Assembly (NCBI GenBank): GCA_038087875.1
Contig: CM075979.1
Location: forward strand, 45,756,001-45,820,000
DNA length: 64,000 nucleotides
Direction: 5' to 3'
Origin: Malacoraja senta
Taxonomy: Eukaryota
A program made the translations under genes and the position numbers. Positions 13,349 to 25,123 of the stretch are shown here, piece by piece. The notes under the pieces are model-generated. The model was given only the letters and a program-made list of their open reading frames with translations, did not search any database and was not told the origin of the DNA. Every line of letters begins with the position of its first letter. Position 1 is the first letter of the stretch.

Positions 13349-13677
13349 CAATGGAAACCAACAAATACCATACCCTTTATCTTCTATGCGCACACTGTGG
13401 ACAGCTTGATTATAATCACGTATGTGTTGGAAGAAACTGCATATTCTGGTTTACACCGAAGATAGACACAAAATGCTGGAGTAACTCAGTGGGACAGGCG
13501 GCATCTCTGGAGAGAAGGAATGTTTCGGGTCGAGACCCATTTTCAGACTCTTGTAATCATGTAATCGATTGTATTCATGTATAGTCTTTTTTTGACTGGA
13601 TAGCACACAAACAAAAAGCTTTTCACACGTGATAATAATAAACTGAACTGAACTTCATGTTTTTGATTTCCATTTAG

Positions 13678-14016
13678 ATTCGTTGGATATGAACATTTTT
13701 GCCAGTCCGAAGAAAGTATTTTTGAACAAATCGGTTTTGTTGGAATGTAAATTTTCTGGGTTTAAAGCACCACTTGACCTTGACAAATGTAGGTGTGCGG
13801 TGGTTGTTCGGACCACACCAGGAAGAAATCTATGTTTTCAAACGGGAGTACCTACGCACAAGAACTCTAGCAAAGAAATAACCAACATTAAACTATCCGA
13901 AGGAGATGCTTCACTTCATCTTCATAATGTCCAATTGGAAAACGAAGGAATGTATACTTGCATTGTGTTTGTCACTCCTGAAAAGGCAGAAAAGAGTTCG
14001 GAACTGCGAGTTTTAG
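13678..14016 (+). CDS. NCR3LG1: Gene 1 exon: Ig V-set domain, B7-H6/NCR3LG1-like (apparent compensating +1/-1 frameshifts inside)
   Basis: tttag| acceptor at 13677, G|gtaaaa donor at 14017, phase 1/1. Reads (D)SLDMNIF..VLLECKFSG...GDASLHLHNVQLENEGMYTCIVFVTPEKA..LRVL. The GDASL..L..VQL...G.Y.C.V.VTP.KA pattern matches B7-H6 V domains. The C-strand VGVRW lies in the +1 frame. Confidence 0.8.
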
Positions 14017-14066
14017 GTAAAAGACCGTCAACATTACCTGGGGTGATCTGCACTGTTATTACTGGA

Positions 14067-16948
14067 GGTAGACAAATGTGCTGGAGAAAACTCAGTGGGT
14101 GCAGCAGCATCTATGGAGCGAAGGAAATAGGCAACGTTTCAGGCCGAAAACCTTTCTGCAGTGATGTAAGGTGGGGGGGGGGGGGGGGGGGGGCAGGGAG
14201 AAGAAAGGAGAAAGGAAGAGGAGGAGCCTGAGGGAGAGCTGAGAAGGGAAGGAAACAACAAGGGCTACTGGAAATTGGAGAAGTCAATGTTCATGCCACT
14301 AGGATGCAGACTACCCAAGTGGAATATGAGGTGCTGTTCCTCCAATTTCCGGTGGTGCTCACTCTGGCCATGGAGGAGGCCCAGGACAGAGAGGTCAGAT
14401 ACGGAATGGGAGGGGTAGTTGAAGTGCTGAGCCACAGGGAGATCAGGTTGGTTATTGCGGACCGAGCGGAAGTGTTCGGCAAAACGATCGCCAAGCCTAC
14501 GCTTGGTCTCACCGATGTAGATCAGCTGATATCTAGAGCAGCGGATGCAATAGATGAGGTTGGAGGAGGTGCAGGTGAACCTCTGTCGCACCTGGAACGA
14601 CTGCTTGGGTCTTTGAATGGAGTCGAGGGGGGAGGTAAAGCGACAAGTGTAGCATCTCTTGTGGGTGCAAGGGAAATTGCCAGGGGAGGGGGTGGTGCGG
14701 GAGGGAGGGAAGAATTGACCAGGGAGTTACGGAGGGAGCGGTCTTTGCGGAAAGCAAACGGGGAAGATGGGAAGATGTGGCGAGTGGTGGGGTCAAGTTG
14801 GAGGTGGCGAAAATGACGGAGGACTATTTGTTGTATGTGACGGCTAGTGGGGTGAAAGGTGAGGACTAGGGGGACTCTGCCCTTGTTGTGAGTGGGGGGG
14901 ATGGGGAGAGAGAGCAGTGTTATGGGGTATTGTAGAGACCCTAGTGAGAGCCTCATCTATAGTAGGGGAGGGGAACCCCTGAAGAATGAGGACATTTCAG
15001 ATGCCCTGGTGTGGAACACCTCATCCTGGGAGCAGATGCGGCGTAGACGGAGGAATTGGGAATAGGGGATGGAGTCCTTACAGGAAGCAGGGTGGAAAGA
15101 AGTGTAGTCTAGATAGCCATGGGAGTCAGTAGGTTTATAGTCGATGTCGGTCAGAAGTCTATCACCAGAGAACTGACTGTCCTGGTAGACCCATTGTCTC
15201 TGCCTGTTCGTGCCCCACCGAACTTATTTCCACATACCTCGACTCCATCCTATCCCCCTTGGTTAAATCCCTCCCTACCTATGTTGAAGACACCTCAGAC
15301 ACTCTCCGTCATCTCCGCGCATTCCATTCTCTAGCCACTCACCCCCTCATCTTCACCATGGACGTCCAGTCACTCTACACCTCCATCCCCCACCACGATG
15401 GTCTCAAAGCCTTCCGGTTCTTCCTCGACCAGAGAACCACCCTATACCCGGCCACTGATACTCTCCTCCGCCTAGCGGAGTTGGTCCTTACCCTCAATAG
15501 CTTCTCGTTTGACTCCTCCCATTTCCTCCAAATACAAGGCGTAACTATGGGCACACGCATGGACTCCAGCTATGCCTGCCTCTTTGTCGGGTATGTCGAA
15601 CAATCCTTGTTCGAGACGTACCCGGGCCCAATCCCCGTCCTCTACCTCCGCTACATCGACGATTGCATTGGTGCCACCTCCTGCACCCACACACAACTCA
15701 CTGACTTCATCCTCTTCACCACTAACTTCCATCTGGCACTCAAATACACCTGGACCATTTCCGACACTTCCCTACCATTTCTTGACCTCACTATCTCCAT
15801 CGCAGGTGATAGACTCCTTACCGACATCCACTATAAACCTACTGACTCCCATGGCTATCTGGACTACACTTCTTCCCACCCTGCTTCCTGTAAGGACTCT
15901 ATCCCCCACTCCCAATTCCTCCGTCTACGCCACATCTGCTCCCAGGATGAGGTGTTCCACACCAGGGCATCCGAAATGTTCTCATTCTTCAGGGAACGGG
16001 GGTTCCCCATCCCTACTATAAATGAGTCTCTCACTAGGATCTCTTCAATACCCCGTAACACTGCTCTCTCTCCCCATCCCCCCACTCACAACAAGGGCAG
16101 AGTCCCCCTGGTCCTCACCTTTCACCCCACTAGCCATCACATACAACAAATAGTCCTCCGTCATTTTCGCCACCTCTAACGTGACCCCACCACTCGCCAC
16201 ATCTTCCCATCCCCCCCTCCCGTCTGCTTTCCACAAAGACCGCTCCCTCCGTAACTTCCTGGTCAAATCTTCCCTTCCCTCCCGCACCACCCCCTCCCCG
16301 GGCACTTTCCCTTGCAACCGCAAGAAATTCTACACTTGTCGCTTTACCTCCCCCCTCGACTCCATTCAAGGACCCAAGCAGTCGTTCCAGGTGCGGCAGA
16401 GGTTCACCTGCACCTCCTCCAACCTCATCTATTGCATCCACTGCTCTAGATATTAGCTGATCTACATCGGTGAGACCAAGCGTAGGCTTGGCGATCGTTT
16501 CGCTGAACACCTCCGCTCGGTTCGCATTAACCAACCTGATCTCCCTGTGGCTCAGCACTTCAACTCCCCCTCCCATTCCGAATCTGACCTTTCTGTCCTG
16601 GGCCTCCTCCATGGCCAGAGTGAGCATCACCGGAAATTGGAGGAGCAGCACCTCATATTCCGCTTGGGCAGTCTGCACCCTAGCGGCATGAACATTGACT
16701 TCTCCAATTTCCGGTAGCCCTTGCTGTCTCCTCCCCTTCTCAGCTCTCCCTGAGCCCTCAGGCTCCTCCTCTTCCTTTCTCCTTTCTCCCCGCCCCCCCT
16801 CCCCCCACCCTACATCAGTCTGAAGAAGGGTTTCGGCTCGAAATGTTGCCTATTTCCTTCGCTCCATAGATGCTGCTGCACCCACTGAGTTTCTCCAGCA
16901 CTTTTGTCTACCTTTGACTTTCCAGCATCTGCAGTTCCTTCTTAAAAC
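14067..16948. mobile_element. Penelope-like element: inverted 3' copy (14067-about 15172, minus) joined to a longer plus-strand copy, 14-bp TSD
   Basis: RT (MDVQSLYTSIPH, YLRYIDD) and GIY-YIG (NLIYCI..YIGETKRRL..RF.EH) motifs. CTGTTATTACTGGA at 14053-14066 and 16949-16962. Confidence 0.9.
16820..16847 (+). ncRNA. Minimal hammerhead motif at the 3' end of the Penelope element
   Basis: CTGAAGA-A-GGGT(TTCG)GCTC-GAAAT-GTT, in the terminal repeat downstream of the GIY-YIG ORF. Confidence 0.55.
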
Positions 16949-16989
16949 CTGTTATTACTGGATCTTGGTGGTAAAATGGGTTTCACCAA

Positions 16990-17345
16990 TTGGCCTTCAA
17001 CGGCCAGCGTATTGAATATAGAAGTTTGAAGGTAATGTTGCAGTTATATAAGACGTTGGTGAGGCTGTATTTAGAGTATTGTGTTCAGTTCTGGGCACCA
17101 TGCTGTAAGAAAGATGTTGTCAAGCTGGAAAGGGTACAGAGAAGATTTACGAGGATGTTGCCAGGATTCGAGGGTCTGGGCTACAGGGAGAGGTTGAGCA
17201 GCCTGGGACTTTATTCTTGCGGCACAGGAGGATGAGGGGTGATCTTATGGAGGTGTATAAAGTTATGAGAGGAATAGATCGGGTAGACACACAGAGTCTC
17301 TTGCCCAGAGTAGGGCGATCGAGGACCAGAGGGCATATGATTTAA
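16990..17345 (+). mobile_element. CR1 3' fragment
   Basis: LQLYKTLVR..LEYCVQFW..ERVQRRFTRM. Confidence 0.8.
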
Positions 17346-17714
17346 GGTGAATTGGCCCTCTGTAAATCACCTCTAGTGTGTCGAGAGTGGATGAGAAAGA
17401 AAGGATAACAGAACTAGTGTGAACGGGTGATCGATGGTTGACGTGGATTTAATGGACGTAGGGCCGATTTCAATGCTGATTCTCAAATAAAATTGTAAAT
17501 GCAAAACTGTATAAAGAGTGACCACGTCAAAAGTATTTTAGTGTTCTCATTAATATATGCTACATATACTTAGCTGAATAATGTGGCAATCTAAATCTGC
17601 ATGTCGTCAAAGGCACTAAATTATAGGAAAGGAATGGTTGGCATGGACTCGATGGGCTGAAGGGCCTGTTTCCAAGCAGTATTAATCAATCAATCAAAAA
17701 TCAACATTAATTGA

Positions 17715-18725
17715 CTTTTATAACCATATAACAATTACAGCACGGAAACAGGCCATCTCGGCCCTTCTAGTCCGTGCCGAACACTTACTCTCACCTAGTC
17801 CCATCTACCTGCACTCAGACCATAACCGTCCGTTCCTTTCCCGTCCATATACCTATAAATTTATTTTTAAATGATAATATTGAACCTGCCTCCACCACTT
17901 CCACTGGAAACTCATTCCACACAGCTACCACTCTCTGAGTAAAGAAGTTCCCCCTCATGTTACCCCTAAACTTCTGTCCCTTAATTCTCAAATCATGTCC
18001 CCTTGTTTGAATCTTCCCTACTCTCAATGTAAAAAGCTTATCCACGTCAACTCTGTCTACCCCTCTCATAATTTTAAAGACCTCTATCAAGTCCCCACTT
18101 AACCTTCTGCGCTCCAAAGAATAAAGACCTAACTTGTTCAACTTTTCTCTGTAACTTAGTTGCTGAAACCCAGGCAACATTCTAGTAAATCTCCTCTATA
18201 CTCTCTCTATTTTGTTGACATCTTTCCTATAATTTGGCGACCAAAATTGTACACCATACTCCAGAGTTGGCCTCACCAATGCCTTGTACAATTTTAACAT
18301 TACATCCCATCTTCTATACAACGCTCTGATTTATAAAGGCCAGCACACCAAAAGCTCTCTTTACCACCCTATCTACATGAGATTCCACCTTCAGGGAACT
18401 ATGCACAGTTATTCCTAGATCCCTCTGTTCAACTGCATTCCTCAATTCGCTACCATTTATCATGTACGTCCTATTTTGATTTGTCCTGCCGAGATGTAGT
18501 ACCTCACACTTATCAGCATTAAACTCCATCTGCCATCTTTAAGCCCACTCTTCCAAATGGCCTAAATCTCTCTGTAGACTTTGAAAATCGACTTCATTAT
18601 CCACAACACCACCTATCTTATTATCATCTGCACACTTACCAATCCAATTTATCACACCATCATTCAGATCATATGACAAACAACAGTGGACCCAACACAG
18701 ATCTCTGAGGCACCCCACTAGTCAC
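17715..18725 (-). mobile_element. CR1 RT/3' fragment (second subfamily)
   Basis: MEFNADKCEVLHLG and ..ERRRL.GDLIEVFKI..FFTQRVV on the minus strand; (ACCATATA) tail. Confidence 0.8.
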
Positions 18726-19323
18726 CGGGTAAGGGAAATCTATTTTTATTAGGGCAAGAGTTGAAGGAAGGAAAGTGGTCCATTTTGTATTAGCCCATCA
18801 ATAGGTTAATATAGGACATAGGTTTGAGGTGAGAGGGGAGAGGGGAAATATTTAATAGGAACCAGAGGAGCAACTTTTTCACAGTGAGTGTATGGAACAA
18901 GCTGCCTAACGAGGTAGTTGAGGCAGGTACTTTAACAGACATTTGTACATGGATAAGAAAGGTTTAGAGTGTTATGCTCCGGTTTCCTGCCACACTCCAA
19001 AGGTGTGCAAGTTTATAAGTTAATTGACTTCTGCAAAAGAAAATTGTAAATTGTCCATAGAGTAGGATCGTGCTAGTGCACAGGGCGATCGCTGTTTGGT
19101 GCGGACTCGTTGGGCTGAAGGGACAGTTTCCACGCTGCATGTCTAAAGTCTAAACTAGTGTAGATGGGGCACTTTGGTCATTGTGGGCAAATTGGGCTGA
19201 AGGGTCTGCTTCTGTGCTGTATGCTGTGACCCTTAGACTTAAGAGTCTTATAATGTGACTTAGATATTTCTGGTAATACACTGCATGGCAACTAACCCGA
19301 GGTTGCACTTGTCTCTAATACAG

Positions 19324-19644
19324 TTCAGCCGAAGCTGCATTTACCCACACAACATGTTACCATTGAGACTGGTGCGGAGAAGCTGGTGATGTGTGATGCT
19401 ACAGGATTTTACCCTCAGGCACATAACATCTACTGGGAAAAAGTATCCAAGGATAAGACTGAGAACCTAAGGCACGATGTCTTCATCACACCTCTAGTTC
19501 TTAATCCGGATAAAACCTTTAATGTCTCCAGTGGAATGAGAATTGAACCAACTCCAGATGATAATGGCAATGTGTACAAGTGTGTCGTGGAGCACCAATC
19601 ATATAATGACCCTCTCTCGCTCGAGTTGAAACTCACAGTCAAAG
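19324..19644 (+). CDS. NCR3LG1: Gene 1 exon: extracellular Ig C1-set domain, B7-H6-like
   Basis: cag| and G|gtatgt splice sites, phase 1/1. VQPKLHL..VMCDATGFYPQAHNIYWEK..NPDKTFNVSSGMRI..DDNGNVYKCVVEHQSY..LTVK has both Cys and the Trp. Resembles human B7-H6 C domain (C..SGFYP.AINITWEK..DGTFNVTS..VYQCVVRH). Confidence 0.85.
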
Positions 19645-20203
19645 GTATGTTACATCCTTTGGAAAAGTTTGGTTTAGTTTGTTATTGCCAAATCTACCGA
19701 GGTACAGTTAAAAGCTTTTGTTTGTGTGGCCTTGAGTCCAGACTTAGTACATGGATAAGAAAGTTTAGTTTAGTTTATTGTCACGTGTACCAAGGTGAAG
19801 TGAAAAGCTTTTATTTGCATGTTATCGAGTCACAGAAACATCGAAAAGTAGGTGCAGGAGTAGGCCATTCGGCCCATTGAGCCAGCATGATCATGGCTGA
19901 TCATCTAAAATCAGTACCCCGTTCCTGCTTTTTCCCCATATCCCTTGATTCCTTTAGCCCTAAGAGCTAAATCTAACTCTTGAAAACATCCAGTGAATTG
20001 GCCTCCACTGCCTTCTGTGGCAGATAATTCCACTGCTTCACAACTCTCTGAGTGAAGATGTTTTTCCTCAACTTAGTCCTAAATGACCTACCCCTTATTC
20101 TTAAACTGACCCCTGTTTCTGGACTCCCCCAACATCGGGAACATTTTTCCTGCAACTAGTCTGTCCAATCCTTTAAGATATCCTCTCATCCTTCTAAATA
20201 GGT

Positions 20204-21249
20204 ATGTTACAATACTTTTCTTCAGCGGCGCTGCAATTCTGCCACTGGCCGTGTGCGCGATTTTGGCGCCTTTGAGGGGGGGGGGCGGGGTTAAAACGCG
20301 GGTTTCTCCTACCTTGTCCTGAATTATATTTCGTTGGAGTGCCAGCTTTTGCTGAAGAATCGTTCCGACGGGCGTTTTGTGTATTTTATATTTTTATTCG
20401 CCCGACAATTTCAGCGCTGGAATTATTTTAAAATCAGCTTCTAAAGCCGTCAACGTCGACAACGGGGACGGATTTCACGCATGGGACAGGAAAACGAAAG
20501 CAGTTTATTTTATACATAAAAGTGCTTCTTAAGAGGCCTTTAATTCACATTTTAATTTGCGAAACGGTGATTTTTGTCCCCGAACGAACCGGCAGTATTA
20601 TTCATGCCGATATGGGGTTAAATTCACCGCAAATGTAACGTTCCAATTGATCGCGTTCCAGAAAAACCCACTCACAAGATGATTTAAATGCCCATTAATT
20701 TACAGGTATTAAACATTAAATTCCTTCCATTTGACCTATAAATCCATGACAATTAGATTTAAAAATTATGTTATATTGTGAATTCTTGTGTGAATGTTAT
20801 TTGGACACTTAGGCTATTTAAAAATGTTAATCTATTCTTAAGAAATTGATAGATGTTTAGATCTAGTAATTGAATTTTGTAATTAGCTACAATTACTGTA
20901 GGTAACTAACTAATTATATGCTTTAATTTCATGTAATTTAAGTAAGTTTGTTTCATATTTGTTTCAGAATGCTTCAATCTATAATAACTGAAAATTTCTT
21001 TCAGTTCTCTTAATTTTTAAGAATGTTATGGGCTTTTGACTGTCCTTGATCACAGCATTTGTGTTAAGTCAATGGAAAAGCAATAGGGAACAAGATGCTA
21101 ATTTCCGAGTATGAAAATGGCCATAATTTTTTTAATACTGAAGATATGAAAATGATTTAGGTGTCATATTAAATGTCTTGTTATGCTTTATCTGATGGGA
21201 TAAATTACAGACTTGATTTTTAAAATCTCAAAATTTTGTAACATTGCAT
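20204..21249. mobile_element. Unclassified about 1-kb non-autonomous DNA element with short ATGTTACAA termini
   Basis: ATGTTACAA...TTGTAACAT; a second copy in opposite orientation lies at 52622-53588. Confidence 0.6.
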
Positions 21250-24144
21250 TTCTAAAGTGCAGAAAAGATTAGTTTGCTTTAGTTTATTGTCACGTGTACC
21301 AAAGGGCAGTGAAAAGCTTTAGTTGTATGCTAACCAGTCAGCGGAAAGACTATACATGATTACAATTGATTCATTCACAGTGTACAGATCCATGACAAAG
21401 GGAATAACATTTATTGCAAGATAAAATCCCGTAAAGTCTGATTAAAGATAGTCCAAGGGTTTCCAGTGAGGTTGCCCGTTGCTCAGGACCGTTGTCTAAT
21501 TGTTGAGAGGATGATTCAGTTGCCTGATAACAAACTATACATGAATACAACCAAGCTGTCCACAGTGCTTGGATAAAGGGCACAACATTTAGTACAAACT
21601 TTGAAGTCCAATAAAGTCCGACTAAAGATTGTTTAAAGGTCTCCAATGAGGTAGATGGGAGGTCAGGACCACAATCTAGCTGACGAAACGGCCATTCAGT
21701 TGCCTGATAACAGCTGGGAAGAAACTGTCCCTGAATCTGGAGGTTTTTGCTTTTAAACTTCTGTATCTCTTGCCTGATGGTAGAGGGGAGAAGAGGGAGT
21801 GACCAGGGTGAGACCCTTGATTATGCTGGTGGCCTTGCCGAGGCAGCTTGAAGTGCAGATGGAGTCAGTGGAAGGGAGGTTAGCTTGCACGATGGTCTGC
21901 GCTGCGTACAACTGTAGAAGCTTGTGAGGGTTGTTTGGGACATACCGATCATCTGAGCCTTATAAGGAAGTAGAGGCATGGTGTGCTTTCTTGGCCTCAG
22001 CTTCAATGTGGCTGGTGCAAGACAAATTAATTTTGTTTTTATTCATAGGAACTTGGAGATATTTTACAGCGTACTTTATTAAAATGTTTCCAATAATATA
22101 TATGAAAATATTTGTGTGTGCTTAATACATATCCTTCACTGAGATGTGCAGTGCTTTAACTAGTGTTTATCCTTTGACCAAGATAAGAATGAGAGGATTT
22201 AAGATGAGAGGGAAAAGAGTTATTAGAAACTTGAGAATAACTTTTTCAGAAAGAGGTGGTGGGTATATGGAAGGAGCTGCCAGGGGAGGTATTTGAGGCA
22301 ACATTTAAAAGACATTTGGAGAGGTTAGAAGGATATGGGGTAAATAAGGACAGGTGTCAAAAGTCAAGTCAAGTCAAGAGAGTTTATTGTCATGTGTCCC
22401 AGATAGGACAATGAAATTCTTCCGTGTTTAATAGGCATATGTACCAAAAAAGGAACAATTAAATTCTTACTTAGATGGACTACTGTAGATGGGGCATCTT
22501 GGTCAGCATGGAGAAGTTGGGCTGAAGGGCCTATTTCCATGCTGTATGACTCACTTCCACCACAAGTAGATACAGTCTCAGCCATTGAGAATGAACATAA
22601 TCCTGGCACATTTGTGGTTTGGTGGGGAAGTTTGGTTCTGGTCTTTCATTGACTGCTTAGTAATTCATACAGATTTTTGTGGCCTGGCAGTGCAAGCTTT
22701 TGGGAGACCCTGATAGAAATATCTAACATAATTAGAGGCATTGATAGGTGTAGAAGTCAGAACCTTTTTCCCAGAGTGGAAATGTCAAAGACTGGAGGAC
22801 ATAGCTTCAAGGTGAACAGGGCAAAGATTAAAGAAGATGTGCAGAACAAGTTTTTTACACAGAGAGTGTCTGGAACACGCTGCCAGGGGTGGTGGTGGAG
22901 GCAGATTCCATAGTGGCATTAACTAGGCTTAATTCAACACATTGATATACAGGGAATGGATGGATATGGATGATATACAGGCAGATTAATTTAATTTGGC
23001 ATCATGTTTAGCATGGACATTGTGGGCCGAAGGGCCTGTTCCTGTGCTGTATTGTTCTAAATCTGTTCTTTCCACATGCCATTAAAATATAAAAATATTT
23101 CAGTTGCCTAGTTGCCATGAGTAATATTTTTTCATTTTTTTTCCCTTTCTATGTACATTAGCTTAATCTCTCCTTTCCAATATGCAGCAGCAGAATTTAC
23201 TTTATTGCCAGTTCGGATCTGCGTTGACCAGCGATCACCCCCCCCCCCCCCCACTATCCTACACATTATGGACAATTTACAATCTTACCAAAGCCAATTA
23301 AGTTACAAACCTGCACGTCTTGGATTGTGGGATGAAACCGGAGCACAGAGAGAAACCCACACAGGTCACAGGGAGAATGTACAAACTCCATACACACAGC
23401 ACGTAGTCACGATTGATCCCGGGTTTTTGGCGCTGTAAGGCTGCAACTCTACTGCTGCGCCACTATGCCGTATCTAAAACTAACTATTACACACCTCTCT
23501 TCTGTACGTGTGGGTGAGTCGAGTCAGAAATTGAGGTGTGAATAGCCCTCTAAACCCTTGAATTATTTCTGATTGCAGCAGAAATAATGGAATCACTAAT
23601 TGGAATTCCTAGGCCTTTAATTAAAGGGGGATATAAATTGCACAATTATGGTTTCAATGTTAATAACTGTCCCCCCCCTCCCCCTCCCATTTTCCTCCCC
23701 TTTACCACCCGCCCCTTCCACTAAAATTCCTCCCTCCATGTTACATTTCACTATCCCCTTCACTCCTTATCTGACATCTTTTGTCTCCTTATCACCTCTA
23801 GCCTTTTGTCCACCCATCCTCAAATCAGTAAAAATCCCTTCTCACCTATCACTTTGTCCAACCCCCATGTTCTTTCCATCTTTCCCCCACTACAATCAGA
23901 CTGAAGGAAGGTCCCGACCCGAAACGTCACCTATCCATGTTCTCCAGAGAAGCTGCTGAGTTACTCCAGCACTCTGTTCTACACAACATTTTGGCATCTG
24001 TAGTTCCTTGTGTCGCCTCTTTAAAATCCTGTCCACTTGTATTGTTTACTATTGGCAAAAATGAACGAGTCTGCAAATCAAGAAAGTTATTTCACGTACG
24101 TGGTTTTTGTGGATATGCCTGATTCTTAGTGTTTTACATTCCAG

Positions 24145-24258
24145 AACCTGTGGAATATTCGTCAACAGGGGCTATTGTTGGAGTTGGAGTTGCTGCAATT
24201 ATTCTATTGCCACTACTTGCCTTTGGACTCTATAAGTTCATCGTGAAATACAGACCAG
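24145..24258 (+). CDS. Gene 1 exon: stalk + transmembrane helix + basic stop-transfer
   Basis: ccag| and G|gtaata, phase 1/1. EPVEYSSTGAIVGVGVAAIILLPLLAFGLYKFIVKYRP: about 22 uncharged hydrophobic residues followed by K..K.R. Confidence 0.85.
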
Positions 24259-24815
24259 GTAATATGACAAATGGAGAACGTTCCTCAATGCGTTGTAATT
24301 GTCTGCCTCGAGTTATAGCAGCTACAGCACGGAAACAGGCCATTCAGCCCACCACATCCACGCGACCATCGGGCACTCGTATACATAAATATCATTTCAT
24401 TCAGCCCACTTTCCCATGAGCTCGTACCTGATCCTACCACATTCCTCACACACAAGCGGAAAGTTACAGGGCACAACTAACCTAACTTTTTGGGGTGCAG
24501 GAGGAAACCAAAACACTCCAACATGGGGAACGTGCAAACTCCACATAGACAACATATGAGGTTAGCATTGAACCCCGCCTGTGTGCTGTGTAAAGTACTG
24601 GAGTTGTGTGGCTTTTGTGATTCTTTGATTGCTTCTTGTTACATTTCCCCAACATGGAGGGCTGGTGATCTATTAGTTTCAACCACAGATGACCCTGTGA
24701 TGATTGTATACCCATATAGACAGGCAGCCAGGCTTGGAGCTTCTCTTTGAATGGCCTCCTGGGCATAACTTGTTTCAGTTATAATTTTAGAGATACAGTG
24801 TGGAAACAGGCCCTT

Positions 24816-24947
24816 CCGCGCCGACCAGTGATCGCCCCATATACTAGTTCTATCAAGTCCGCGCCGACCAGTGATCGCCCCATATACTAGTTCTATCAAG
24901 TCCGCGCCGACCAGCAACCAGTGATCGCCCCATATACTGGTTCTATC
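24816..24947. repeat. 43-bp tandem duplication (2 full copies + partial) within a SINE end
   Basis: CCGCGCCGACCAGTGATCGCCCCATATACTAGTTCTATCAAGT repeated. Confidence 0.8.
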
Positions 24948-25123
24948 CGTCTCACTTGGGACAATGTACAGAAGCTGATTAACCCACAAACCTATACGTC
25001 TGTGGGATCTGGGAGAAAACCCACGCGGTCACAGGGAGAACGTATAAACTTCGTACAGACAGCACCCGAGGTCAGGATTGAACTCTGGAGTCTGGTGGTG
25101 TGAAGTAGCAGTTTTGGGGCCAA

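Noticed and set aside
1-13677. Search for the gene 1 leader exon and promoter
   Set aside because: No convincing ATG + hydrophobic stretch + phase-1 donor outside repeats; presumed upstream of the window.
13678-19644. Tapasin or MHC class I/II assignment
   Set aside because: No N-terminal tapasin domain or peptide-binding-domain exons, and no TM lysine. V/C1 motifs are closer to B7-H6, though only a phylogeny can settle this.
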